NCBI GenBank assembly: GCA_964518595.1
Contig: CAZFHA010000022.1
Span: 9-64,008, forward strand
DNA length: 64,000 bases
Reading direction: 5' to 3'
DNA from: an uncultured Oscillospiraceae bacterium
GTDB taxonomy: Bacteria; Bacillota; Clostridia; Saccharofermentanales; Saccharofermentanaceae
The stretch's first letter is position 1, and the number at the start of each line of letters is the position of its first letter. The notes below the pieces were generated by a model. That model did not search any database, was not told where the DNA came from, and was given only the letters and a program-made list of their open reading frames with translations. The position numbers and the translations under genes were made by a program. Of this stretch, positions 10,755 to 19,734 are shown piece by piece.

Positions 10755-11633
10755 ATGGCAGAGATTATTTCAGGGACTGAGGTTGCCGCCGCACTGCGGG
10801 AGAAGATGAAAGCCGAGGTAGAACAGATTCGTTCTGTGGCTGAGAGTAGAGGTGAAGAGCAAATCATAATGCCCGGCTTAGCTGTTATTCAAGTCGGCGA
10901 TGATCCGGCTTCAAAGATTTATGTTAACAACAAAAAGAAAGCCTGTGCTCAAGTGGGAATTCTTTCTTTTGGCTACGAATTACCGGCAGAAACCTCTCAG
11001 GAGGAACTGATTGATCTGATTGAGACCTTAAACGAAGATCCTCGAATTCACGGAATTTTATGCCAATTGCCACTGCCTTCCCATATTGATGAATTTTCTG
11101 TTATTTGTGCTATTGATCCGCAAAAGGACGTGGATGGATTTCATCCGGTTAACAAGGGGCTGCTTTCAATCGGGCGGGAATGCCTTGTTTCTTGCACGCC
11201 CCTAGGTTGTTTGGCACTACTTAAAAACCGTGGTTACGAAATCGCTGGTAAACACTGCGTTATTATTGGCAGAAGTAATATTGTGGGCAAGCCTCTGGCT
11301 CAGCTGATGTTAACGCAACATGCTACGGTAACCGTGGCGCACTCCAAGACTCATAATCTGTCGGAGCTTTGCCGAAGTGCAGATATACTGATCGCAGCTA
11401 TTGGCAAAGCAAATTTTGTCACTGCCGATTATGTTAAACCCGGTGCTGTGGTTATAGATGTGGGAATTAATCGAGATCCTCAGGGTAAGTTATGCGGGGA
11501 TGTTGATTTTGCCGCTGTGGAGTCCTTGGCAGGTGCTATTACCCCTGTTCCGGGAGGCGTGGGGCCCATGACAATAACCATGCTCTTAGAGAATACACTT
11601 CATGCTTATAGGGCTTTAACAGGAAGGATATAA
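10755..11633 (+). CDS. folD: Bifunctional methylenetetrahydrofolate dehydrogenase/cyclohydrolase
   Basis: MAEIISG...YVNNKKKAC...HGILCQLPLP...GRSNIVGKP...PGGVGPMT. The ATG at 10755 follows GGGAGGA. The ORF-track extension back to 10641 lies inside ftsK. Confidence 0.92.
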   Translation: MAEIISGTEVAAALREKMKAEVEQIRSVAESRGEEQIIMPGLAVIQVGDDPASKIYVNNKKKACAQVGILSFGYELPAETSQEELIDLIETLNEDPRIHGILCQLPLPSHIDEFSVICAIDPQKDVDGFHPVNKGLLSIGRECLVSCTPLGCLALLKNRGYEIAGKHCVIIGRSNIVGKPLAQLMLTQHATVTVAHSKTHNLSELCRSADILIAAIGKANFVTADYVKPGAVVIDVGINRDPQGKLCGDVDFAAVESLAGAITPVPGGVGPMTITMLLENTLHAYRALTGRI

Positions 11634-11638
11634 CAGGG

Positions 11639-12916
11639 ATGAGGGCAGAATATTTACATAGTGCCGAAATTATCTGTGTCGGTACGGAGCTTTTAATCGG
11701 ACATACTTTAAATACCAATGCGGGCTACTTAGCCAATCAGTTGGCAGAGCTGGGCATTTCTTCATACCGTCAAATTGTTGTTGGTGACAATAAGGATCGA
11801 CTCTTGCAGCAGATTCGAGAAAGTGCCGGTCGCAGTGATGTGGTTATTTTAACCGGTGGCCTAGGCCCAACCCAAGACGATCTAACCATGGAAACGGCTG
11901 CTGCTGCCGCCGGACTTCCCTTAGTCTTAGATCAGGCCAGTCTTGAACATATTGAAGGCCTGTTTCGGAGCATTGGTCGAGATATGACCGAGAACAATAG
12001 AAAACAGGCCATGCTTCCCTTAGGGGCTACGATTTTAAAGAACAATAATGGAACAGCACCGGGGGCGATTTTTCCCTGTGCTGCTCCCTCAGAGGAACAA
12101 CTAGACCATGAGGCTTTACTTATCCTTTTGCCGGGTCCGCCTTCAGAAATGACCTTAATGTTTAACGAGTCTGTGGCACCCTTTCTTTTGGCGCAGGCGC
12201 CCCATTATTTTCGGTCTGTCTATGTTCGGTTAATTGGCATTGGTGAATCGGCAGCTGAAAGTCGTATTCAAGACTTAATGGATGCTCAAGATAACCCCAC
12301 CATTGCGCCCTATGCCTCCGAAGGTGAATGTATGTTCCGAATTACCCAACGGTTTTCTCGGGTACAGGCGGATGAGAGGGATTTATTAACACCATTGGTT
12401 CAGGAGTTAAAGACTCGTTTTGGAAAACATATTTATGAAATAGGCTCTCGAAGTATGCCGGAGGTAGTTCTAGCTTTGCTGAAAGAGAAAAAAGCAACGG
12501 TTTCTTTTGCTGAGAGTTGCACCGGTGGGATGGCGGCATCGGCAATGGTTGATTTTCCCGGGGCATCGTTGGTTTTAGCCGGAGGTGTAGTTGCCTACTC
12601 TAATCAAGCGAAAGTTGACCTTCTAAAGGTGAATCCTTTGCTGTTAGAGAAGGAAGGCGCGGTAAGTTATAATTGCGCTCTGGCTATGGCGGAGGGCTGC
12701 CGAAAGCAGGTGGGGTCAGACTTTGCTGTTTCGATTACCGGAATTGCCGGTCCCGAGGGTGGCACAAAAGAAAAGCCTGTAGGTCTGGTTTATATAGCCG
12801 TAGCTTCTGCTACAGCTACCCGAGCACGTCAGCTAAGGCTCTCCGGCAACCGAACAAGAGTTCGCAGGATTGCAACTTTACAAGCTTACAACTTACTTAG
12901 GGAGATGTTAGTATGA
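11639..12916 (+). CDS. cinA: CinA family protein (MoCF-binding domain plus nicotinamide-nucleotide amidase domain)
   Basis: N-terminal IICVGTELLIGHTLNTNAGYL and a C-terminal CinA/PncC domain (ESCTGG...ITGIAGP). It lies two genes upstream of recA (murJ intervenes); pgsA lies downstream of recA, so the Bacillus pgsA-cinA-recA order is only partly kept. Confidence 0.88.
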   Translation: MRAEYLHSAEIICVGTELLIGHTLNTNAGYLANQLAELGISSYRQIVVGDNKDRLLQQIRESAGRSDVVILTGGLGPTQDDLTMETAAAAAGLPLVLDQASLEHIEGLFRSIGRDMTENNRKQAMLPLGATILKNNNGTAPGAIFPCAAPSEEQLDHEALLILLPGPPSEMTLMFNESVAPFLLAQAPHYFRSVYVRLIGIGESAAESRIQDLMDAQDNPTIAPYASEGECMFRITQRFSRVQADERDLLTPLVQELKTRFGKHIYEIGSRSMPEVVLALLKEKKATVSFAESCTGGMAASAMVDFPGASLVLAGGVVAYSNQAKVDLLKVNPLLLEKEGAVSYNCALAMAEGCRKQVGSDFAVSITGIAGPEGGTKEKPVGLVYIAVASATATRARQLRLSGNRTRVRRIATLQAYNLLREMLV

Positions 12917-14556
12917 GTGACTCTAAAAGTCATCCAGTAGATAAACCTCCGCGCTCCTCAAAATCTAAGGGGATACATAGTATTGCGCTGGCCACACTTC
13001 TGATGACCATTGGGTTGGCTTTGTCCAAAAGTACCGGCTTTTTACGAGATGTCTTTGTAATCGAACGTTTTACTCCTGGAGTATTGTCGGATGCCTTTTA
13101 TTTAGGCTTTCAAATTCCCGATTTAGTTTTTCAATTATTGGTTGGGGGAGCCATTCAAGCGGCTATTACGCCTACTCTGGCTCGTTCTCTAGAGCGTAAC
13201 GAAGAGCGAAACGGTTGGCGCAGTGTTAGTATTTTTATTACTTTTATGAGCACGGTCATGTTGATTGTTGTTTTATTTGGAATCTTCTTTGGAGAGGGCA
13301 TTTTTCACTTTTTTTATCTGTCGGATTTTATGACATCAGAAGGAAACCGATATAACGAAGATACTATTAAGTTGGCCATTTCCGCCTCCCGGGTTCTCTT
13401 TCCTCAAGTCTTTTTTATGATGTTGGCAGCCCTTTGCATTGGTATTTTGAATGCTTATAAGAAGTTTACTTCAACGGCTTTTGGTCCAACGCTTTATAAC
13501 ATTTGTGTGCTGCTTTCAATTATAATTTTAGGCGGCGCTTATCCTCAGGCAGTTATTAATACGGCTATTGGTATTACGGTAGCTGCTGCTGTCTATTTTA
13601 TTTTTCAGGGTATTATGGCTCGTCATGAGCTAACCCACTTCCGTCCCTCGCTACAACTTAAAGAGCCGGGGTTTAGGCGGCTCTTTCGCTTGGCTATCCC
13701 TACTATGTTGTCTGCCTCAGTAGTTCAGCTTAATACAATAATTATTTCTTTTTTTGCCGGTTCTTTTGCTACAGGAACAATGACTTCTTTAAGGAATGCT
13801 ATTACACTGTGGCAGCTGCCTTATGGTATTTTTGCCGTAGCTGTAGGTAATGTAATGTTACCTTCTCTGGCCGGACATTTTGCCGCCAAAGATAATCGGG
13901 CTGCCAGAGGTCTTCTGGCGCGGAGCCTTCGAAATGCTTTATTTCTTACGGTTCCCTCAGCAGGGTTGCTTTTTATAATGGCGTCAGATGTAGTTTATGC
14001 TGTTTTTAATATGGGAGGAAAATATGATGCCCAGACGGCGATGACTACAACGATTATCCTAAGAGGCTTCTGTTTGGCCATTATCATGCACACAATGATT
14101 TTTATATATAATCAAGCTTTTTATGCAATTGGTAAAACTCGCATTCCGCTTTTTAACGGCCTAATTAATGTAGGGCTTAGTTCTTTCTTTTGTTGGCTGT
14201 TTATTAGTCTGGAAATGGGGCCTCAGAGCCTTTCTTTAGCTTATTCACTGGCGGCTACCGTTAGTGTTTTGATTCTCTCTACGCTCTATGGTCTAAAGCG
14301 TAGCCTTCGTCCCAAAAGTCTTTTGCCTTTTATGATCAGGGTCAGCCTATGTTTGGGAGTACTTATACTTATTGTCTATACCTTGAATCAAATTCCCTTC
14401 ACTCCCACAAATAAAGCCTTAGAGCTTTTATGGCTTGCTTTTCGCTCAGCGGCAGGGCTGGGAGGCTATTTACTCACCGCAAGAGTATTTCAGATGCGTG
14501 AGCTCCGTACCGCTCTTGAACGCTTTGATCGTTTACGGAAGCGCCGTCGAAGCTAG
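12913..14556 (+). CDS. murJ: Lipid II flippase MurJ/MviN
   Basis: About 14 predicted TM segments and MurJ-like N-terminal motifs (SKSTGFLRDVF...AFYLGFQIPDLVFQLLVGGA). Confidence 0.8.
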   Translation: MSDSKSHPVDKPPRSSKSKGIHSIALATLLMTIGLALSKSTGFLRDVFVIERFTPGVLSDAFYLGFQIPDLVFQLLVGGAIQAAITPTLARSLERNEERNGWRSVSIFITFMSTVMLIVVLFGIFFGEGIFHFFYLSDFMTSEGNRYNEDTIKLAISASRVLFPQVFFMMLAALCIGILNAYKKFTSTAFGPTLYNICVLLSIIILGGAYPQAVINTAIGITVAAAVYFIFQGIMARHELTHFRPSLQLKEPGFRRLFRLAIPTMLSASVVQLNTIIISFFAGSFATGTMTSLRNAITLWQLPYGIFAVAVGNVMLPSLAGHFAAKDNRAARGLLARSLRNALFLTVPSAGLLFIMASDVVYAVFNMGGKYDAQTAMTTTIILRGFCLAIIMHTMIFIYNQAFYAIGKTRIPLFNGLINVGLSSFFCWLFISLEMGPQSLSLAYSLAATVSVLILSTLYGLKRSLRPKSLLPFMIRVSLCLGVLILIVYTLNQIPFTPTNKALELLWLAFRSAAGLGGYLLTARVFQMRELRTALERFDRLRKRRRS

Positions 14557-14655
14557 GTTTAGAGTTTTATCTTTTAAATCAATAGGAAAGACTTTAAAAG
14601 GCTAAGAAATAGCAGGTGTTGTCGATTTTTGTCGAAATCTTTTTCTGAAACAGAG

Positions 14656-14684
14656 TTGACTTCCTGTTAGGCTATTACTATAAT
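14656..14684 (+). promoter_or_regulatory. recA sigma-A promoter
   Basis: TTGACT, a 17-nt spacer, then TATAAT. Confidence 0.7.
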
Positions 14685-14695
14685 GATGACATAAA

Positions 14696-14707
14696 GAACG
14701 AATGTTC
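14696..14707 (+). promoter_or_regulatory. LexA (Cheo/SOS) box
   Basis: GAACGAATGTTC matches the Gram-positive GAAC-N4-GTTC consensus. It sits 12 nt downstream of the -10 and about 16 nt upstream of the recA start. Confidence 0.75.
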
Positions 14708-14722
14708 GACAAGGAGGCAATT

Positions 14723-15832
14723 ATGGCTAAAGCAGATAAAGCAGCAGGCAAATCCACTCAAGAGGTTTCAGCTAAAACGGACTCGGCTCGTACAAAGGCG
14801 CTGGATGCTGCATTGTTACAGATAGAGAAGCAGTTTGGTAAAGGAGCGGTTATGAAGCTGGGAGAGCGTACCGGAATGGTTATCGACGTTATCCCTACTG
14901 GTGCCTTAACCTTGGACATTGCCTTGGGCGTTGGTGGTGTGCCGAAGGGTAGGGTAGTCGAGATATATGGACCAGAATCTTCTGGTAAAACCACAGTAGC
15001 ATTACATATTGTTGCTGAGGCGCAGAAGAATGGTGGAACTGCTGCCTTTATTGATGCAGAGCATGCTCTTGATCCTGTTTATGCCGGTAAAATTGGTGTT
15101 AATATTGACGAACTCATAGTATCTCAGCCAGATACGGGAGAGCAGGCTTTAGAGATTACAGAAGCACTGGTTCGAAGTGGAGCAGTAGATGTTATTGTTG
15201 TAGACTCTGTTGCTGCTCTTGTTCCTAAAGCTGAAATTGATGGTGAGATGGGAGACTCACATGTGGGTCTACAGGCCAGACTTATGTCTCAGGCGCTACG
15301 TAAATTAGCTGGTGTTATTAGTAAGTCAAGCACTGTCTGTATTTTTATCAATCAGCTCCGTGAGAAAGTAGGGGTGATGTTTGGTAACCCTGAGACCACA
15401 CCTGGTGGTAGAGCCTTGAAGTTCTATTCTTCAGTGCGCTTGGACGTAAGAAGAACTGAAAGTCTACGTAGCGGTACAGAGATTGTTGGGAATCATACAC
15501 GGGTTAAGGTTGTTAAGAATAAGGTTGCGCCTCCTTTTAAAGAAGCTGAATTTGACATTATGTATGGTGAAGGCATTTCTAAAGAAGGCTGCATTCTGGA
15601 CTTAGGTGTCACGAAAGAAATTGTTGAGAAGAGTGGTTCTTGGTTCTCATATAATGGCCAGAGAATTGGTCAGGGTAAGGACAATGCTCGTACTTTCTTG
15701 AAAGAGAATCCCCAGATGCGAGATGAAATTGAGGCTAAGATTCGTGCTTCTCTCGAGCCTATCCCCGAGGATGCAGAGGTATCTGTGGATGAGCCTGCCG
15801 CCGAGAGCGATATCTTAGGGATTGATTTCTGA
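14723..15832 (+). CDS. recA: Recombinase RecA
   Basis: [16 protein letters not shown], Walker [10 protein letters not shown], and [16 protein letters not shown] lies 5 nt before the ATG at 14723. Confidence 0.97.
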   Translation: MAKADKAAGKSTQEVSAKTDSARTKALDAALLQIEKQFGKGAVMKLGERTGMVIDVIPTGALTLDIALGVGGVPKGRVVEIYGPESSGKTTVALHIVAEAQKNGGTAAFIDAEHALDPVYAGKIGVNIDELIVSQPDTGEQALEITEALVRSGAVDVIVVDSVAALVPKAEIDGEMGDSHVGLQARLMSQALRKLAGVISKSSTVCIFINQLREKVGVMFGNPETTPGGRALKFYSSVRLDVRRTESLRSGTEIVGNHTRVKVVKNKVAPPFKEAEFDIMYGEGISKEGCILDLGVTKEIVEKSGSWFSYNGQRIGQGKDNARTFLKENPQMRDEIEAKIRASLEPIPEDAEVSVDEPAAESDILGIDF

Positions 15833-16410
15833 TGATTTCCTTTGAAGAGTTGAACCTCCAGCCTTTTAATCAAGAGGATGATGGTGGGGTAGATGATCAA
15901 GAGAGCTATTTGAAGGCCAGAGCGCAAGCCGTTGCTTATATTGGTATTTCACATAAATCTAGTGGAAGAGTCCAGCAATACTTAATGAGTAAGGGCTATG
16001 AGCGGCCTGTAGCAGAGAAAGTTATAGCCTATCTTGTAGAAGCAGGTTATGTTGACGATTTCCGGGTTGGTTGTGGAATCCTTAGGCAGCGTCGCGGCGC
16101 CAAGGCTGAGGCTCCTAAGCTGTTAAAGCAGAGGCTACGGCAGGCTGGCATAGCAGAATCGGTTATTGCAGAAGTCCTTGATACAGAGCCCTTATCAGAG
16201 GAGCTTCTGCTTGAGGAACTGGTTCAGGCACGCCTTGCGCCCTCTTTGGATAGGTTTTTAGCTGACTTAGATTTTGAAGGGAATACAGAGGCTACTGAGC
16301 GAATTGTTCAGGAGTGGTTTCCTAAGGCACTCCGTTTTTTAGGAACAAAGGGCTTTTCTATTTCTTTGGCGCAGAAGGCTTTGCACAAGCTGCTGGCTGA
16401 GGTAGAATAG
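15832..16410 (+). CDS. recX: RecA regulator RecX
   Basis: It lies immediately after recA (TGATG overlap). The helical-repeat sequence is RecX-like (KARAQAVAYIG...QYLMSKGY). Confidence 0.7.
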   Translation: MISFEELNLQPFNQEDDGGVDDQESYLKARAQAVAYIGISHKSSGRVQQYLMSKGYERPVAEKVIAYLVEAGYVDDFRVGCGILRQRRGAKAEAPKLLKQRLRQAGIAESVIAEVLDTEPLSEELLLEELVQARLAPSLDRFLADLDFEGNTEATERIVQEWFPKALRFLGTKGFSISLAQKALHKLLAEVE

Positions 16411-16464
16411 GAAAGGTATATTTAGATACAAGCCTAAAGGCTATACTGGTTAGGAGATAAAATA

Positions 16465-17832
16465 TTGGAAGTAGTGGACAGAAGCAAATCACCAATAAAG
16501 GTTTGCATGGTGACCTTGGGGTGTTCGAAGAATTTAGTTGATGCGGAGTGCATGACAGGAATTTTAACTGAAAGTGGTTATCAGCCTGTTTCTGAGCCTC
16601 AAGAGGCTCAAGTAATTATTGTTAATACTTGCGGTTTCATTGAAAGTGCCAAGCAGGAGGCCATTGATACAATCCTAACTATGGCTGATTTCAAGGCTGA
16701 TTCAGGACAGTGTGATTTCTTAGTAGTTACCGGTTGTTTGGCTCAGCGTTATGAGAAGGATATTTTTGATAGCTTGCCGGAAGTTGATTTAGTAGTTGGG
16801 ACGGCTCACTACCATAATATTGCCAAAGGCATAGATCGACTCTACGGTGGTGAGGTTCAAGGGCTTGACTCTTTGGTAGAAGGCCCAGGTAGCCTTGAGC
16901 ACCTTAAATATCGCCGCCAGGTTTCTACCCAAGGCTATGCATGGCTTAAGATCGCCGAAGGGTGTTCTAACTGCTGCGCCTATTGTGCAATACCCCAAAT
17001 TCGAGGCAGATATCAGAGCCGTCCAATGGAGGAGATACTATCCGAAGCCAAAGAGCTGGTTTCCTCTGGTTCTCGAGAGTTGATTTTAACTGCCCAAGAT
17101 ACTACTTCTTATGGTATAGACCTTTATGGCGAGCCGCGGCTTCCTCAGCTATTAAGAGAATTATCAGAGCTTGAAGAGCTTAAGCTTATCCGGATTATGT
17201 ATGCCTATTCCGATGGCATATCAGAAGAATTAATTGCTGAAATAGCCGGGAATCCAAAGGTGGCTCATTACCTTGATCTTCCAATTCAACATGCTGACGA
17301 TAACGTTTTAAAGCGGATGAATCGACGAGATACGAGTGCTTCAATTGCAGAGCAGTTAGCACATTTACGTCAAGCCATCCCTGATATTATTTTACGGACA
17401 ACGGTTTTGGTGGGATTTCCAGGAGAGGATGAGGCGGCTTTTAATAATCTGCTTGATTCACTGAGAGAATGGAAATTCGATCGTTTGGGTGGTTTTGTTT
17501 TTTCTCCTGAAGAAGGCACTGCTGCCTTTACTATGGGGGATGTGGTAGATAAAGCGGTAGCTAACCGCCGCTTAGATACACTCATGTCTTTGCAAGAAGA
17601 GATTGCTTCGGCTCAGAACCAGAAACGACTAGATACTGTGACTGAAGTCATGATAGAAAGTATCTCTGATGATGGAATATTCTATGTGGGGCGTAGTTAT
17701 GGTGAAGCTCCGGAAGTAGATCCGGTTATTTTTGTTATCGCTAAAGAAGCACCTTTGTCAATTGGTGAAGTCTGTAGAGTTAAAATTATTGATTGTACCG
17801 CTTATGACTTAACAGGAGAAACTGTTACATAA
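16465..17832 (+). CDS. rimO: Ribosomal protein S12 methylthiotransferase RimO (radical SAM)
   Basis: UPF0004 N-domain (VTLGCSKNLVDAE), radical SAM motif CSNCCAYCAIP, and a C-terminal TRAM domain. TTG start 7 nt after TAGGAGA. Confidence 0.85.
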   Translation: MEVVDRSKSPIKVCMVTLGCSKNLVDAECMTGILTESGYQPVSEPQEAQVIIVNTCGFIESAKQEAIDTILTMADFKADSGQCDFLVVTGCLAQRYEKDIFDSLPEVDLVVGTAHYHNIAKGIDRLYGGEVQGLDSLVEGPGSLEHLKYRRQVSTQGYAWLKIAEGCSNCCAYCAIPQIRGRYQSRPMEEILSEAKELVSSGSRELILTAQDTTSYGIDLYGEPRLPQLLRELSELEELKLIRIMYAYSDGISEELIAEIAGNPKVAHYLDLPIQHADDNVLKRMNRRDTSASIAEQLAHLRQAIPDIILRTTVLVGFPGEDEAAFNNLLDSLREWKFDRLGGFVFSPEEGTAAFTMGDVVDKAVANRRLDTLMSLQEEIASAQNQKRLDTVTEVMIESISDDGIFYVGRSYGEAPEVDPVIFVIAKEAPLSIGEVCRVKIIDCTAYDLTGETVT

Positions 17833-17865
17833 GTGTTTTCTGTAGGGAGGAGGTCGAATTTTGCT

Positions 17866-18492
17866 ATGAATACACCGAATAAGTTATCGCTTTTAAGAAT
17901 TATTCTTGTCCCTTTTATTTTACTCTTCATGTTACCGATTCAGATATTTTCCTTCGCCCCAGAAGGGTGGAATCAATTTGTCTTGCAGCATGGTCTTTGG
18001 ATTGCCGGGATTATTTTTATTATAGCTTCTTTGACAGACTTAGCTGATGGTAAGATTGCTCGAAAGTATAATTTAATCACAGATTTAGGTAAGTTTTTAG
18101 ACTCTTTAGCTGATAAAATGTTAGTTATTTCTGTGTTGATTGCTTTAGTTCAGTTAGGAAGAATTGCTGCTCTTTGGGTTATTATTATCGTGGTAAGAGA
18201 GTTTATGGTTACGGGTATTCGGATGGTAGCCAGTGGAAGTGGTGTAATTATGGCGGCAGCCATGATTGGAAAGATTAAAGCAACTACTCAGATGGTGGCT
18301 ATTATCTACTTGTTATTTGAACCTCTTTTTATGTTAGTTGTCGAAGGCCTTATAAAAAAGCCCTATTCGGAGGCACTTTCCTTAGTTTCTGGGCTTGGTA
18401 ATATCTTGTTTGCAGTAGCAGTGATCATGACAATAATTTCAGGTCTGGATTATCTTTTTAAGAATTTAAACTTGTTTAAAGAGGCGACATAA
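17866..18492 (+). CDS. pgsA: CDP-diacylglycerol--glycerol-3-phosphate 3-phosphatidyltransferase
   Basis: CDP-alcohol phosphatidyltransferase motif DLADGKIARKYNLITDLGKFLDSLADK. I prefer the ATG at 17866; the ORF-track GTG at 17833 remains possible. Confidence 0.88.
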   Translation: MNTPNKLSLLRIILVPFILLFMLPIQIFSFAPEGWNQFVLQHGLWIAGIIFIIASLTDLADGKIARKYNLITDLGKFLDSLADKMLVISVLIALVQLGRIAALWVIIIVVREFMVTGIRMVASGSGVIMAAAMIGKIKATTQMVAIIYLLFEPLFMLVVEGLIKKPYSEALSLVSGLGNILFAVAVIMTIISGLDYLFKNLNLFKEAT

Positions 18493-18537
18493 TTCCTTTG
18501 GCTTTCAAAGAATTTTGAGGAAAATTAAGATTTAATA

Positions 18538-18566
18538 TTGACATTTTTCCGCGGTTCGGATACAAA
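18538..18566 (+). promoter_or_regulatory. Candidate acpP promoter
   Basis: TTGACA, a 17-nt spacer, then TACAAA. The -10 is weak because it lacks the final T. Confidence 0.35.
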
Positions 18567-18615
18567 CTATGTAAGAAGATTGCAAATAAGCAATCAATCA
18601 GGAGGTAATTATTAT

Positions 18616-18855
18616 ATGTCAGCAGATCCAATTTTCGAAAGTGTTAAGGGTATCTTAGTTGAGCAATTAGGTGTAGATGGGGATACTGTTTCTATGGAAT
18701 CTAATTTTATTGATGATCTCAACGCTGATTCTCTAGATATTGTTGAGCTGGTAATGGCCATGGAGCAGGAATTTGGAATCTCCATCCCTGACGAAGAGGC
18801 AGAGCGTATTAAGTCTGTAGGCGACGCTGTTGAGTTTATCAAAGCAAACGTATAA
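18616..18855 (+). CDS. acpP: Acyl carrier protein
   Basis: Phosphopantetheine attachment motif [26 protein letters not shown] upstream of the ATG at 18616. The ORF-track upstream extension has no support. Confidence 0.93.
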   Translation: MSADPIFESVKGILVEQLGVDGDTVSMESNFIDDLNADSLDIVELVMAMEQEFGISIPDEEAERIKSVGDAVEFIKANV

Positions 18856-18924
18856 GTCATGATTTTTGCCATTGGCATGCAGAGCTCCTGTATAGGGGCT
18901 CTTTGCGTTTAAAGGAGTAGTTCA

Positions 18925-19659
18925 TTGAAGCAGAAGGATTTTTCATCGCTATACAAGAGCCAGAGCTTAGAGGACATCGAAATTCGAATCGGTTATGCTT
19001 TTCAGAATAAGGCACTTTTAGTTGAGGCAATTACTCACTCTACCTTCGCTTATGAGAATAAACAGTATGGTTTGGGTAATAATGAACGAATGGAATTTTT
19101 AGGCGATGGCATTTTAGACTTTGTGGTGGCGGATTATTTGTTTTGCCACCAGACGGAGGTTAATGAAGGTCACTTGTCTAAAAGTCGGGCTTTGGTAGTA
19201 TGTGAAGCTACTCTTTCTGAACGCGCTCGCCATTTAGGTATCGGAAGATATCTTTTACTTGGAAAAGGCGAAGAATTAACTGGCGGACGAGAGAAGGCTT
19301 CTAACTTAGCTAACTGTATGGAGGCTATCTTTGCCGCTGTATATCTCGATAATGGCTTTACTTCGGCTCAGAAGGTTATCTTGTCAATTATGCTACCCTC
19401 CCTTCAGGAGGCCGTTAAAGGCAAGTTGCTTTTTGACCATAAGAGTAAACTCCTTGAGGTTGCCCAGTCTAAAGGCGGCTTACTTAAAGTGCGCTTTGGC
19501 ATTGTGGCTGAGGAGGGTCCGGTCCATAACCGCAGATATACAGCGGCTGTATATTTAAATGAGGAGCAGATTTGTACCGGTACTGGTGCCAGTAAAAAAT
19601 TAGCTGAGCAGGATGCTGCTCGCAGTGCGCTAGCGGATTTTTCGGAGCGGTTTGCTTGA
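18925..19659 (+). CDS. rnc: Ribonuclease III
   Basis: Signature NERMEFLGD and a C-terminal dsRBD (KLAEQDAARSAL). TTG start 7 nt after AAAGGAG. The acpP-rnc-smc-ftsY order is the same as in Bacillus. Confidence 0.92.
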   Translation: MKQKDFSSLYKSQSLEDIEIRIGYAFQNKALLVEAITHSTFAYENKQYGLGNNERMEFLGDGILDFVVADYLFCHQTEVNEGHLSKSRALVVCEATLSERARHLGIGRYLLLGKGEELTGGREKASNLANCMEAIFAAVYLDNGFTSAQKVILSIMLPSLQEAVKGKLLFDHKSKLLEVAQSKGGLLKVRFGIVAEEGPVHNRRYTAAVYLNEEQICTGTGASKKLAEQDAARSALADFSERFA

Positions 19660-19734
19660 AAACCAAGATTTAGTATATAATTGGCAAGATTTGAATGTAA
19701 ATAATTTATCTCAAGGAAAGGATTATGCCCAGAT

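Noticed and set aside
14619-14638. A direct repeat TTGTCGA-N3-TTGTCGA upstream of the recA -35. The 13-mer TTTTTGTCGAAAT recurs upstream of yraN at 31846-31858.
   Set aside because: A shared 13-mer is expected by chance many times in 64 kb of AT-rich DNA. My rough expectation is tens of such pairs. I have no known factor to attach to it.
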